Shown piece by piece: positions 26,531-35,249 of a DNA stretch of 64,000 nucleotides. The translations under genes and the position numbers were made by a program. How positions within the stretch are numbered: position 1 is the first letter of the stretch; the number at the start of each line of letters is the position of its first letter. The stretch comes from a bacterium. GTDB taxonomy: Bacteria; Bacillota_I; Bacilli_A; RF39; UBA660. The stretch is from the NCBI GenBank assembly GCA_029099845.1, contig JAQXOT010000019.1, forward strand, positions 13,733-77,732, in the 5' to 3' direction. The notes under the pieces are model-generated. The model was not told the DNA's origin and did no database searches. It was given only the letters and a program-made list of their open reading frames with translations.

Positions 26531-26934
26531 GTACAATTTTAATGTCGATAAAACCGGAATATGTTAAGAAGATATTTGCAGGTGAAAAAAAATACGAATA
26601 TAGAAAGATAAAATGTAAAAATAGTCCTAATAAAATAATAGTTTATGCTTCTTTTCCAATAAAAAAAATAGTTGGGGAATTAATTATTGAGGAAGTATTA
26701 TATGATAAAAAAGATGTAATTTGGGAGAAAACTAATATGTATGGTGGAATTTCTCAGAAAAAGTATGATGAGTATTTTAAAAATAAAGAGTATGCGGTTG
26801 CGTATAAAATAAAAGAATATATTAAATATGATCCTGTAAGAGAATTAAAAGATTATGATGTATTGAGTGCACCACAATCTTATATTTATATAAATAATAG
26901 AATTGATCTAGAAAATGAAAAGGTTGATAATTGA
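26527..26934 (+). CDS. ASCH domain protein
   Basis: ILMSIKPEYVKKIFAGEKKYEYRK, IIVYASFPIKKIVGE, APQSYIY; ATGA overlap with upstream gene. Confidence 0.9.
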   Translation: MSTILMSIKPEYVKKIFAGEKKYEYRKIKCKNSPNKIIVYASFPIKKIVGELIIEEVLYDKKDVIWEKTNMYGGISQKKYDEYFKNKEYAVAYKIKEYIKYDPVRELKDYDVLSAPQSYIYINNRIDLENEKVDN

Positions 26935-27070
26935 AAATTATGAGAATGAAGAAGGTTTTTATTAATCTAAATAATAAGCCTGTGAAAAGCTGTTTTAAAT
27001 TGGTTATAATATAAAGTAAAATAATATTTTTTATGAAAATAATTCGTAATGTAGTGGCAGGTGATATTAT

Positions 27071-27745
27071 ATGGAAATGCAAGATTTGAAAGTAGAATAT
27101 GATAAATTACAATTGAAATATGGTGCTAGAGAACTTGATCCTATATATAATGGTGGTTGTGAAGAAAATCCTGATATTTGTTTTGTTTTTATGAATCCTA
27201 CCGGTAAAAATATTGCGAGTAATAAATCTTGGAGTGGGAGAAAATCTCCGTGGCTTGGAACTAAAAATATATGGAAATTGTTTTATGAAGTTAATTTGTT
27301 AAGTGAAGATACATTTAGTAAAATTCAAGGAAAAAAACCAAAAGATTGGGATTATGCATTTTGTGATTACCTTTATGAAGAAATAGAAAATAATAAAATA
27401 TTTATTACTAATTTAGGAAAATGTACTCAAGTTGATGCAAGACCATTATCTGATGAAGTATTAAAAAAATATCTTTATTTATTATTTAGAGAAATAGATA
27501 TTATTAAACCAAAAGTAATTGTTACATTTGGAAATCAAGTAAGTTCTATTATTTTAAATAAAAAAATTTCAGTATCTGAAAATAGGAAAGTATGTCATAA
27601 TATAGAAATAAATAAGAATAAATATAAAGTTTATCCAGTTTATTATCCGGTTGGTAATGGAATCTTTAATATCGATAAGTCAATAGAAGATATAAAATGG
27701 ATAATTGAAAATGAGATAAATGATAAAACTGAGATGATATTGTGA
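27071..27745 (+). CDS. Uracil-DNA glycosylase superfamily protein (family-4-like, atypical motifs)
   Basis: FITNLGKC...RP, EIDIIKPKVIVTFGN; motif A FVFMNP and motif B VYYP differ from canonical GEAPG/YHP. Confidence 0.75.
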   Translation: MEMQDLKVEYDKLQLKYGARELDPIYNGGCEENPDICFVFMNPTGKNIASNKSWSGRKSPWLGTKNIWKLFYEVNLLSEDTFSKIQGKKPKDWDYAFCDYLYEEIENNKIFITNLGKCTQVDARPLSDEVLKKYLYLLFREIDIIKPKVIVTFGNQVSSIILNKKISVSENRKVCHNIEINKNKYKVYPVYYPVGNGIFNIDKSIEDIKWIIENEINDKTEMIL

Positions 27746-27865
27746 AATATATTTTACAATATGGTAAATCAAATTATTATAAAAAAATAGATTCGATAGT
27801 TGATAAGAAGATAAAAGGAATTTTTATTAAATGTTGTTGGTAAATAATTGTAAGGAGAAGGAAAG

Positions 27866-28433
27866 ATGAAAGACGAATTTATAAACAAATTGGATGCTGA
27901 TGAAAGAATATTATTTTATGGCTCTTCAGATGTTAGTAAAACTAGTAAACAATATAGTCGATTTTTATTAGGCTTTATTGTATTGTTATTGTTTTGGATA
28001 TTAATTATAATGATTATACAAAGTGAGGGAATATTAGACTTTAAAATTTTTGCAATTTTTCTTGTTTTGTGTTTATTAACAATTTGTTTAGTTTATGGAT
28101 TAATTTATAATGTATTCAATATAAAAAGCAAAATAATGAATATTTTGTTACAAATAAAAGAATAGCTTTATATGATCCTAAAAATGGATTAAGATTAGAA
28201 ATATATCTGATATTGAACATATTGGAATTACAAGAGAAAAAGGTAATTATGGCGATATATTTTTTAGTTTCTATGCTAATAATTTAATTGAGCAAATGAA
28301 AAATGGAATGAGTTTTGAGGGTGTAAAAAATCCTAGGGATATTGTTTTTACAATTTGTGATATGAATAATAAAATTCATATTTATGATGATATACCAACA
28401 ATAAATGGTAAAAAAATTAAGACAAAGAGATAA
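27866..28433 (+). pseudogene. Membrane-anchored PH-like (bPH) domain gene broken by two single-base frameshifts
   Basis: Frame 1 has two TM helices; shifted frame 28132-28200 reads NNEYFVTNKRIALYDPKNGLRLE; shifted frame 28200-28433 reads NISDIEHIGITREKGNYGDIFF...FEGVKNPRD..KTKR*. Each shift is one missing A in an A run. Confidence 0.7.
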
Positions 28434-28783
28434 GTAGTGATAAAAGTGAATAATGAACGCGATAAAGGTTTTGATAAGATAGTATGGTAATGGAAGAATA
28501 CTCATAAGTTCAAAAAAGTATTGATTTTTTTTTTTGTTTTTGGTACTGAATAAGCCTAAAAAATAGGGCGATAATAAGTATGATAAACTCTCACAATTAA
28601 CATTATTTAAAAAAGAATTAAATGGGAAAAGTAATTAGTTGAAGTGTGATTTTATAAAAATTAAATTAGATAACTTTGAATAATAATTAATTATAAAAGT
28701 GTTAAAGGGAATAAGAACTGAATTATTAAATCAAAAGAAAAAATATTTTTTTGTATAATATACATATGAAGGGTGATGTGAAT

Positions 28784-29245
28784 ATGAAAAAAGAATATAT
28801 AGAAAATGATTTAGAAAATCCAAAATATTTATTTCATGGAAGTCCTAAGTTATTAGAAACAATAGAACAAAGACAGTCTCATGATTCAAATGGTAATAAA
28901 GATAATGAGGATTTTGCTGTATTTTTAACTTCTTCTTTTATAATTGCTTCTGCATATGCTTTTAAAGATAAAATAAAAGAAGAAAGTTATGATTTGAATT
29001 GGAATTTTGATTTTGGAATAAATAATAGTGGAGAAATATATATTGATATGGACAATGTTAGAATAAACGATGATTTAATTGGGTATATATATGTATTTCC
29101 ATTTAATGATTCTTATGAACATAATAATAAGTCAATACAATATAAGTGTTATGAAAATATTATACCAATCGATGTAATTGAAGTTAGATTAAAAGAATTT
29201 AAGAGTTTTTATAATATAACAAATGAAGAACATAAAATAATGTAA
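28784..29245 (+). CDS. Hypothetical protein, ART-like (HGS..FLT..A.AYA)
   Basis: YLFHGSP, AVFLTSSFIIASAYA, GYIYVF; start ATG 28784 behind GGGTGA. Confidence 0.6.
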   Translation: MKKEYIENDLENPKYLFHGSPKLLETIEQRQSHDSNGNKDNEDFAVFLTSSFIIASAYAFKDKIKEESYDLNWNFDFGINNSGEIYIDMDNVRINDDLIGYIYVFPFNDSYEHNNKSIQYKCYENIIPIDVIEVRLKEFKSFYNITNEEHKIM

Positions 29246-29405
29246 AAAGTATTTATAAATTGTAATGGTGATTTAATGAAAACTTTAGAAAGTAGCAGAA
29301 ATGGTAAATAATTTGAGGGTAAGAAGTAGGGATAGCATTTAAGGAATAAGAAAAAGCATTAGATAAAGATTCAGTTGTTTTTAAAATGAAAGTAACAGTT
29401 GGTGA

Positions 29406-29516
29406 CTGAAAAAATTTAATATAGAACAATTGGATAGAAGAATATTAAGTGAGTTAATAGAAAATATCTATGTTTTAGAAAAAAATAAAATAGAGATAAA
29501 GTTTAAAAATAACTAA
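29406..29516 (+). pseudogene. Remnant resembling the C-terminal tail of a large serine recombinase (DUF4368-like)
   Basis: Start-less 36-codon frame LKKFNIEQLDRRILSELIENIYVLEKNKIEIKFKNN* after an in-frame TGA. Confidence 0.45.
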
Positions 29517-29532
29517 GAAAGGAGGAATTTAT

Positions 29533-30405
29533 ATGAATAATAAATTAGAAACTATTTCGAATTTGTTTGAAGGAAAAGAAATAAGAAGTCATTGGAATAG
29601 CGAAGAAGAAGAATATTATTTTAGTGTTGTTGATGTAATTAATGCATTAACCGATAGTAAGAATCCTAACGATTATTGGTATAGATTAAAAACAAGAATG
29701 TCAAATGAAGAAAAAAGTGAAGTATCGACAAAATGTCGACAGTTGAAATTGAAGTCTAAAGATGGAAAATATCGTGAAACAGATGTATTGGATACTAAAG
29801 GGATATTAAGATTAATTGAATCCGTACCTAGTCCTAAAGCCGAACCATTTAAATTATGGCTTGCTAATTTAGGAAGTGAAAGGATAGATGAAGTATTTGA
29901 TCCAGAAATAGCAGTAAACAGGGCAGTTGAATATTACCGAAATAAAGGTTATACTGATGAGTGGATAAAAGCAAGATTAACTGGTATAGTTGATAGATTT
30001 AAACTAACTGATGTATGGAAAGAAGGCGGAATAAAGAAACCGATAGAATATGCACTTTTAACTAATGAAATATACAAAGGTTGGTCTGGAATGAAAGCAA
30101 GTGAATATAAAAAATATAAAGGAATTAGAAAAGAATCATTAAGAGATAATATGACAGATATTGAGGTTGCATTAACGAATATTGGAGAAATTGCTGCAAG
30201 AGATATTGCAATTACTGAAAAACCGCAAGGGCTTGAAGAAAATTTAAAAGTTGCAAAACGTGGTGGTGGAGTTGCTAAAGGTGCAAGAGATTTGTACGAA
30301 AAAGAAACAAAAAAATCGGCAATATCTAATAAAAATTCATTAAATTATAAATATGTAGATGAGGTAAAAGAAATAGAAAGTAAAGGAAGTGGTAGTAATG
30401 AGTAA
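29533..30405 (+). CDS. Bro-N domain protein (antirepressor-like)
   Basis: FEGKEIRSHW...YYFSVVDVI..LTDS, LRLIESVPSPKAEPFKLWLA, SLRDNMT; strong SD. Confidence 0.85.
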   Translation: MNNKLETISNLFEGKEIRSHWNSEEEEYYFSVVDVINALTDSKNPNDYWYRLKTRMSNEEKSEVSTKCRQLKLKSKDGKYRETDVLDTKGILRLIESVPSPKAEPFKLWLANLGSERIDEVFDPEIAVNRAVEYYRNKGYTDEWIKARLTGIVDRFKLTDVWKEGGIKKPIEYALLTNEIYKGWSGMKASEYKKYKGIRKESLRDNMTDIEVALTNIGEIAARDIAITEKPQGLEENLKVAKRGGGVAKGARDLYEKETKKSAISNKNSLNYKYVDEVKEIESKGSGSNE

Positions 30406-31273
30406 TGAAGAAAAAAGTTTTTCTAAGACGTCGATTAACTGGTATCCTGGGCATATGGCTAAAACAAAGAGGGAGATTGCTGAAAAATTAAATTTAATAG
30501 ATATTGTGTATGAAGTAATAGATGCTAGAATGCCTTTATCTTCTAAAATTGTTGATATTGATGATTTAATTAAAGATAAGCCTAGAATTATGGTTATGAC
30601 TAAGTATGATCTTTGTGATAAAAAAGAAACTGATAAAATTATTAAGTATTATGAGAACTTGGGTTATAAAGTTATTCCAGTTGATTTAATGAATAATATT
30701 GATGTGAAGAAGGTTATTGATGTTACTAGTGAGGTAATGAATGTTATTAATGCTAAAAGAGTTAATAGAGGTTTAAAGCCAAGGGCTGGACGTGTATTAA
30801 TTGTTGGAATACCTAATGTTGGAAAATCAACGCTTATTAATAGGCTTGTAGGAAAGAAAGTTGCTGGGGTTGCTAATACGCCTGGGTTTACGAAAAGTCT
30901 TAGCTGGATAAGAATTAATAAAGATTTAGAATTGCTAGATTCTCCAGGTATATTGTGGCCCAAATTAGAAAATCAAGAAGCAGCACATATTCTTGCTAGT
31001 TTATCAACAATAAAAGAAGAAATTCTTAATATTGATGATATTGCATGCTTTATTTTAAGAAAGATGTATGAGCTATATCCAGAAAAATTGGAGGAAAGAT
31101 ATGGCATTACAGAATTAGACGATGACTTAGTTGAAGCTTATGATGTGATTGCTAAAAAAAGAGGAGCTTTGGGTCGTGGTGGTATTGCTGACTATGAAAA
31201 GGTTTCTAATATTATAGTTAAAGATTTAAAAAATGGTTATTTTGGAAATATTACATTTGACAGACTAAAATAA
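30398..31273 (+). CDS. rbgA: Ribosome biogenesis GTPase RbgA/YlqF
   Basis: INWYPGHMAK, DARMPLSS, GIPNVGKSTLIN, LLDSPGILWP. Confidence 0.97.
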   Translation: MSNEEKSFSKTSINWYPGHMAKTKREIAEKLNLIDIVYEVIDARMPLSSKIVDIDDLIKDKPRIMVMTKYDLCDKKETDKIIKYYENLGYKVIPVDLMNNIDVKKVIDVTSEVMNVINAKRVNRGLKPRAGRVLIVGIPNVGKSTLINRLVGKKVAGVANTPGFTKSLSWIRINKDLELLDSPGILWPKLENQEAAHILASLSTIKEEILNIDDIACFILRKMYELYPEKLEERYGITELDDDLVEAYDVIAKKRGALGRGGIADYEKVSNIIVKDLKNGYFGNITFDRLK

Positions 31274-31525
31274 TAGACAAGTTTGATATTACTTAATTTA
31301 TTGAGAAGTATCATAAATTAAGGGCTATATGAATGTTGATTAGTTTGAAACTATGATAGAAAGACTCAAATTATTAATCTTGATTATATCTATGGGTATA
31401 AAAGATTTAATAATGTAATTTATAAAAACTATAAAAAAATTAAGATGAATTTACGTGTAAAATTACTCGTAAATTTTCTTTTTTATTTAATTTTTTATGT
31501 TAAGATAATGTTGGAGTGTGTAAAT

Positions 31526-32155
31526 ATGGAACAATTAGATAATTATATGTATGAAAGAAAGTTAAGGGAAGAGGGTATTTCTTTTATTGCTGGTGTTGAT
31601 GAGGTTGGAAGGGGGCCTTTAGTAGGGGCTGTTGTTGCGGCTTGTGTTGTTTTGCCGGAAGAATTTCATTTAGATGGCTTGACTGATTCTAAGAAACTTT
31701 CTGAAAAGAAAAGAAATTTTTTCTTTGATGAAATTAAAAAACAAGCTCTTGGGGTAGGTGTTGGTGTAATTGATGAGAAAAAAATAGATGAAGTTAATAT
31801 ATATGAGGCTACTAAATTAGCAATGAAGATGGCTATTGATGAATGCAAAAAAAATTGTAAAATAGAGCATATATTGATTGATGCGATGCCATTGGAACTT
31901 GATATTCCGACTACTTCAATTATTAAAGGAGATTTAAAAAGTATAACTATTAGTGCAGCTTCTGTTATCGCTAAGGTTACAAGGGATAGGATGTTAGATG
32001 AGTTAGATGAAAAATTTCCGATGTATGATTTTAAAAAAAATAAGGGGTATCCAACTAAGAAACATTTAGCGGCTATTGAAGAATTTGGCATACTTCCAGA
32101 ACATAGAAGAAGTTATGGACCTGTAAAAAAATATATAGAGAATCATAAAATATAG
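31526..32155 (+). CDS. rnhB: Ribonuclease HII
   Basis: [36 protein letters not shown]; start ATG 31526 (track 31445). Confidence 0.97.
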   Translation: MEQLDNYMYERKLREEGISFIAGVDEVGRGPLVGAVVAACVVLPEEFHLDGLTDSKKLSEKKRNFFFDEIKKQALGVGVGVIDEKKIDEVNIYEATKLAMKMAIDECKKNCKIEHILIDAMPLELDIPTTSIIKGDLKSITISAASVIAKVTRDRMLDELDEKFPMYDFKKNKGYPTKKHLAAIEEFGILPEHRRSYGPVKKYIENHKI

Positions 32156-32251
32156 AAAAATTTTTTGTTTTTATGAGTAATATATAAATAGATGTGGTGT
32201 TGACAAATAAAGTTAATACTAGTATAAATATTTTAGCAAGGGATGTGTGTT

Positions 32252-34273
32252 ATGGCAAAAAATTTAGTAATTGTGGAAAGTCCTAGTAAAAGTAAGACTA
32301 TTGAAAAGTATTTAGGTAGTGATTATAAAGTAGTTTCATCTAAAGGGCATATAAGAGATTTATCTACAACTGGTAAGTATGGATTGGGTGTTGATATAGA
32401 TAATGGTTTTATACCTAATTATGTACCTATAAAGGGAAAATCTGGGGTAATTAAGGAATTAAAAAAAGATGTTAAAGAAAGCGATATGGTTTATTTAGCA
32501 AGCGACCCAGACCGTGAGGGAGAAGCTATTGCGTGGCATTTAAAAGATGCTTTAGGTATTAAAGATAAAAATTATAAACGAGTTTTATTTAATGAAATTA
32601 CTAAAGATAAGGTAGTTGAAGCAATTAATAATCCAACGGTTATTGATGAAAATTTGGTTCATAGTCAGGAAACTAGGAGAATTTTGGATCGCATAATTGG
32701 GTTTAGATTATCTAAGTTGTTACAAAGTAAAATTGGGGCTAAAAGTGCTGGAAGAGTACAAAGTGTAGCTTTAAAATTAATTGTTGATCGTGAAAGAGAA
32801 ATTATGGCTTTTACACCAGAAGAGTATTGGTCAATTACGGCTAAATTTTTAGAATTTGATGCAGAAATTTTTAAATATAAAGATAATGATATTGAATTAA
32901 AATGTAAGGATGATGCTGATAAAGTACTTGAAGAATTGGGTACTGATTATATAGTTGAGAGTATAGATAAAAAGAAGAAAAACAAGAAGAGTAAACCTCC
33001 TTTTATAACTTCAACATTACAACAGGAAGCTTCTACAAAATTAGGTTTTTCTGCTAAGAAAACAATGAGTTTAGCCCAAAAGTTATATGAGGGTGTTGAT
33101 TTGGGAGAAGAAACTGTTGGACTTATTTCTTATATGAGAACGGATTCTACACGTTTATCAGATGATTTTGTGAAACCAGCAATGGTATATATTAAGGAAA
33201 ATTATGGGGAAGAGTATGTTGGCTATGTTAAAACAGCTAAAAAGAGTGATAATGTTCAAGATGCTCATGAAGCAATTAGACCAACAAGTATATTTAGGGA
33301 ACCTAATAAAATTAAACAGTATTTATCAAATGATGAATTTAAACTATATAGTATGATTTATAAAAGGGCACTGGCTTCTTTGATGAGTGATGCTAGTGTT
33401 AATCAAACTGTAGTAATATTAAATAATAATGATTATAAATTTAAAACAACCGGGCAATTATTAATTTTTGATGGTTATTTAAAAGTATATAAAGACTATG
33501 AAACAAGTGAGGATAAAATTTTACCTGAATTTAATAGTTTAGATGTTTTAGAGGCTAGAGAGTTATTACCAGAGCAGCATTTTACTACACCACCAGCTAG
33601 ATATACTGAGGCTAAATTAATTAAAGAAATGGAAGAGTTAGGAATCGGGAGACCATCTACTTATGCTAAAACAATTGATACAATTAAGGAAAGGGATTAT
33701 GTTGAGTTAGTAGAAAAGAAATTTAAGCCTACTGATATGGGAATAGAAACTACTGATAAATTACAGGAATTCTTTGGAGATCTAATTAATGTTGAATATA
33801 CGCGTGAGATGGAAAATGATTTGGATTTGATTGCTGATGGAAAGTTAGTTTGGAACGAGGTTTTGGCATCTTTTTATAAGTTGTTTGAGCCAAGAGTAAA
33901 AGAGGCTTTTCTTGATATGGAAAAAAAGGCCCCAACTGAAACTGGCGAGGCTTGCCCTAATTGTGGTAGCACGTTAGTAGTTAGAAATGGGCGTTATGGA
34001 GAATTTGTTGCTTGTTCTAATTATCCAACTTGTAAGTATGTAAAAAAAGATGAGCCCCTTGTTGTTGAAATTATGGATTGCCCAGTTTGTGATGGTAAGA
34101 TTGTTGAGAAAACGACACGTAAGGGGAAGACTTTTTATGGATGTAATAATTATCCAACTTGTAAATTTGCTTTGTGGGATAAACCTACTGGTGAAATTTG
34201 TCCTGAATGTGGAAAAGTTTTAGTAGAAAAAAATGGCAAAATAAAGTGTAGTGAATGTAGTTATGAAAAATAA
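32252..34273 (+). CDS. topA: DNA topoisomerase I
   Basis: LVIVESPSK, LASDPDREGEAIAWH, SAGRVQS, LISYMRTDS, C-terminal Zn ribbons. Confidence 0.98.
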   Translation: MAKNLVIVESPSKSKTIEKYLGSDYKVVSSKGHIRDLSTTGKYGLGVDIDNGFIPNYVPIKGKSGVIKELKKDVKESDMVYLASDPDREGEAIAWHLKDALGIKDKNYKRVLFNEITKDKVVEAINNPTVIDENLVHSQETRRILDRIIGFRLSKLLQSKIGAKSAGRVQSVALKLIVDREREIMAFTPEEYWSITAKFLEFDAEIFKYKDNDIELKCKDDADKVLEELGTDYIVESIDKKKKNKKSKPPFITSTLQQEASTKLGFSAKKTMSLAQKLYEGVDLGEETVGLISYMRTDSTRLSDDFVKPAMVYIKENYGEEYVGYVKTAKKSDNVQDAHEAIRPTSIFREPNKIKQYLSNDEFKLYSMIYKRALASLMSDASVNQTVVILNNNDYKFKTTGQLLIFDGYLKVYKDYETSEDKILPEFNSLDVLEARELLPEQHFTTPPARYTEAKLIKEMEELGIGRPSTYAKTIDTIKERDYVELVEKKFKPTDMGIETTDKLQEFFGDLINVEYTREMENDLDLIADGKLVWNEVLASFYKLFEPRVKEAFLDMEKKAPTETGEACPNCGSTLVVRNGRYGEFVACSNYPTCKYVKKDEPLVVEIMDCPVCDGKIVEKTTRKGKTFYGCNNYPTCKFALWDKPTGEICPECGKVLVEKNGKIKCSECSYEK

Positions 34274-34304
34274 TAGATAAGTTATATTAAGGGAAGCGTG
34301 GAAA

Positions 34305-35249
34305 ATGGGATTAAATTTATGGTTAGATGATTATCGAAATATTGAAAAATATTATTCAAGAAGGTTTGATGCTCGTGGAGTTAGTGGTCAAATGATGATT
34401 GGTGATAGTGTAGATATTGAGCCACTATGTTTAAATATTGATGGAGTTAGTAAGTATGATTTTACTTTAGATGAAATTGATAGCTTTACTTGTGGATTTA
34501 AAAATTTTGAAGAAGTTAAAGAATATTTAACTAATAGTGGTTATGGTAATCCTAATTGTGAAGCTAGTGATTTATATATTGCTAAAAGTAGTGATACAAT
34601 TGGAAAATATCAAGTTATTTATGATAATCCTTTATTAAAAAAATGTGCTTTAGTTATTCAGGATAAAAGGAAAAGACATTTACCAGAATTTTTGGATAAG
34701 ACTCCAGAGATGAAGGAATATGTTCAAAAAATAGCTAGATATGCCACGGCTAAAAGTACTAGTCAATCAATAAGATGTTTTAGTTTATTACCACCTCATG
34801 TAAGGGCAACACTTCAATATTATAGTGAAAGTATTAATGAAAAACAAACAGCTAGGGCGAGTAAGTGTTTTGATAATCTTTTTAAGTATTGTATGAATTA
34901 TAAAACTTTGCGAGCATTTATAATTTGGGAAGAGCAGTATTTGAGACTTAAGGGAGAGCAAAATAAGAAAAGGGCATTAGAAAGAAAAGACTTACAGGAG
35001 GAAAAAAAACAGGTACAGCGAAGTATGCAGTATGAAGAAAAACTACGAAGAATGCCACTTGATAGACCTGTTTTAAGCGCAATTGATGAAATGCGTGATG
35101 AAGATGGTAATATTGATTTTGATCGAGTTTACGGGCAATTTGATTTAGATGATATTTATTCTAATCCTGATATGTTATTACAAGCTGTTGGTATTTTACC
35201 ACCTGAGGTACCAGATACAAAAGATGAAAAAAGGAATCTTAGAAAATGA
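34305..35249 (+). CDS. Hypothetical protein
   Basis: 314-aa ORF between topA and xerC with ATGA overlap into xerC; C-terminal coiled coil; no recognised family. Confidence 0.7.
   Translation: MGLNLWLDDYRNIEKYYSRRFDARGVSGQMMIGDSVDIEPLCLNIDGVSKYDFTLDEIDSFTCGFKNFEEVKEYLTNSGYGNPNCEASDLYIAKSSDTIGKYQVIYDNPLLKKCALVIQDKRKRHLPEFLDKTPEMKEYVQKIARYATAKSTSQSIRCFSLLPPHVRATLQYYSESINEKQTARASKCFDNLFKYCMNYKTLRAFIIWEEQYLRLKGEQNKKRALERKDLQEEKKQVQRSMQYEEKLRRMPLDRPVLSAIDEMRDEDGNIDFDRVYGQFDLDDIYSNPDMLLQAVGILPPEVPDTKDEKRNLRK

Larger units (their letters stand above)
23700..30405. mobile_element. Accessory insert / decayed genomic island between lepB and rbgA
   Basis: Interrupts the Bacillus rplS-lepB-rbgA-rnhB order; contains a pseudogene, a recombinase-like remnant and a Bro-N gene. 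Genes look more A-rich than flanks by eye. No att repeats found. Confidence 0.5.

Noticed and set aside
28434-28783. Tiny ORFs in AT-rich spacers of the insert (e.g. VIKVNNERDKGFDKIVW*, and MKTLESSRNGK* near 29276)
   Set aside because: Too short, with no recognisable motif; possibly gene debris but not supportable.
29533-30405. Bro-N gene as evidence of a prophage
   Set aside because: No structural, replication, lysis or intact integrase genes nearby.
23700-30405. Integron-like cassette array
   Set aside because: The single-gene, same-strand layout is suggestive, but I found no repeated attC-like or other shared intergenic sequence and no integron integrase.
31448-31475. AATTTACG...CGTAAATT inverted repeat before rnhB as an operator
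   Set aside because: It is followed by a T-rich tract and is adequately explained as a terminator-like hairpin; no second copy was seen.
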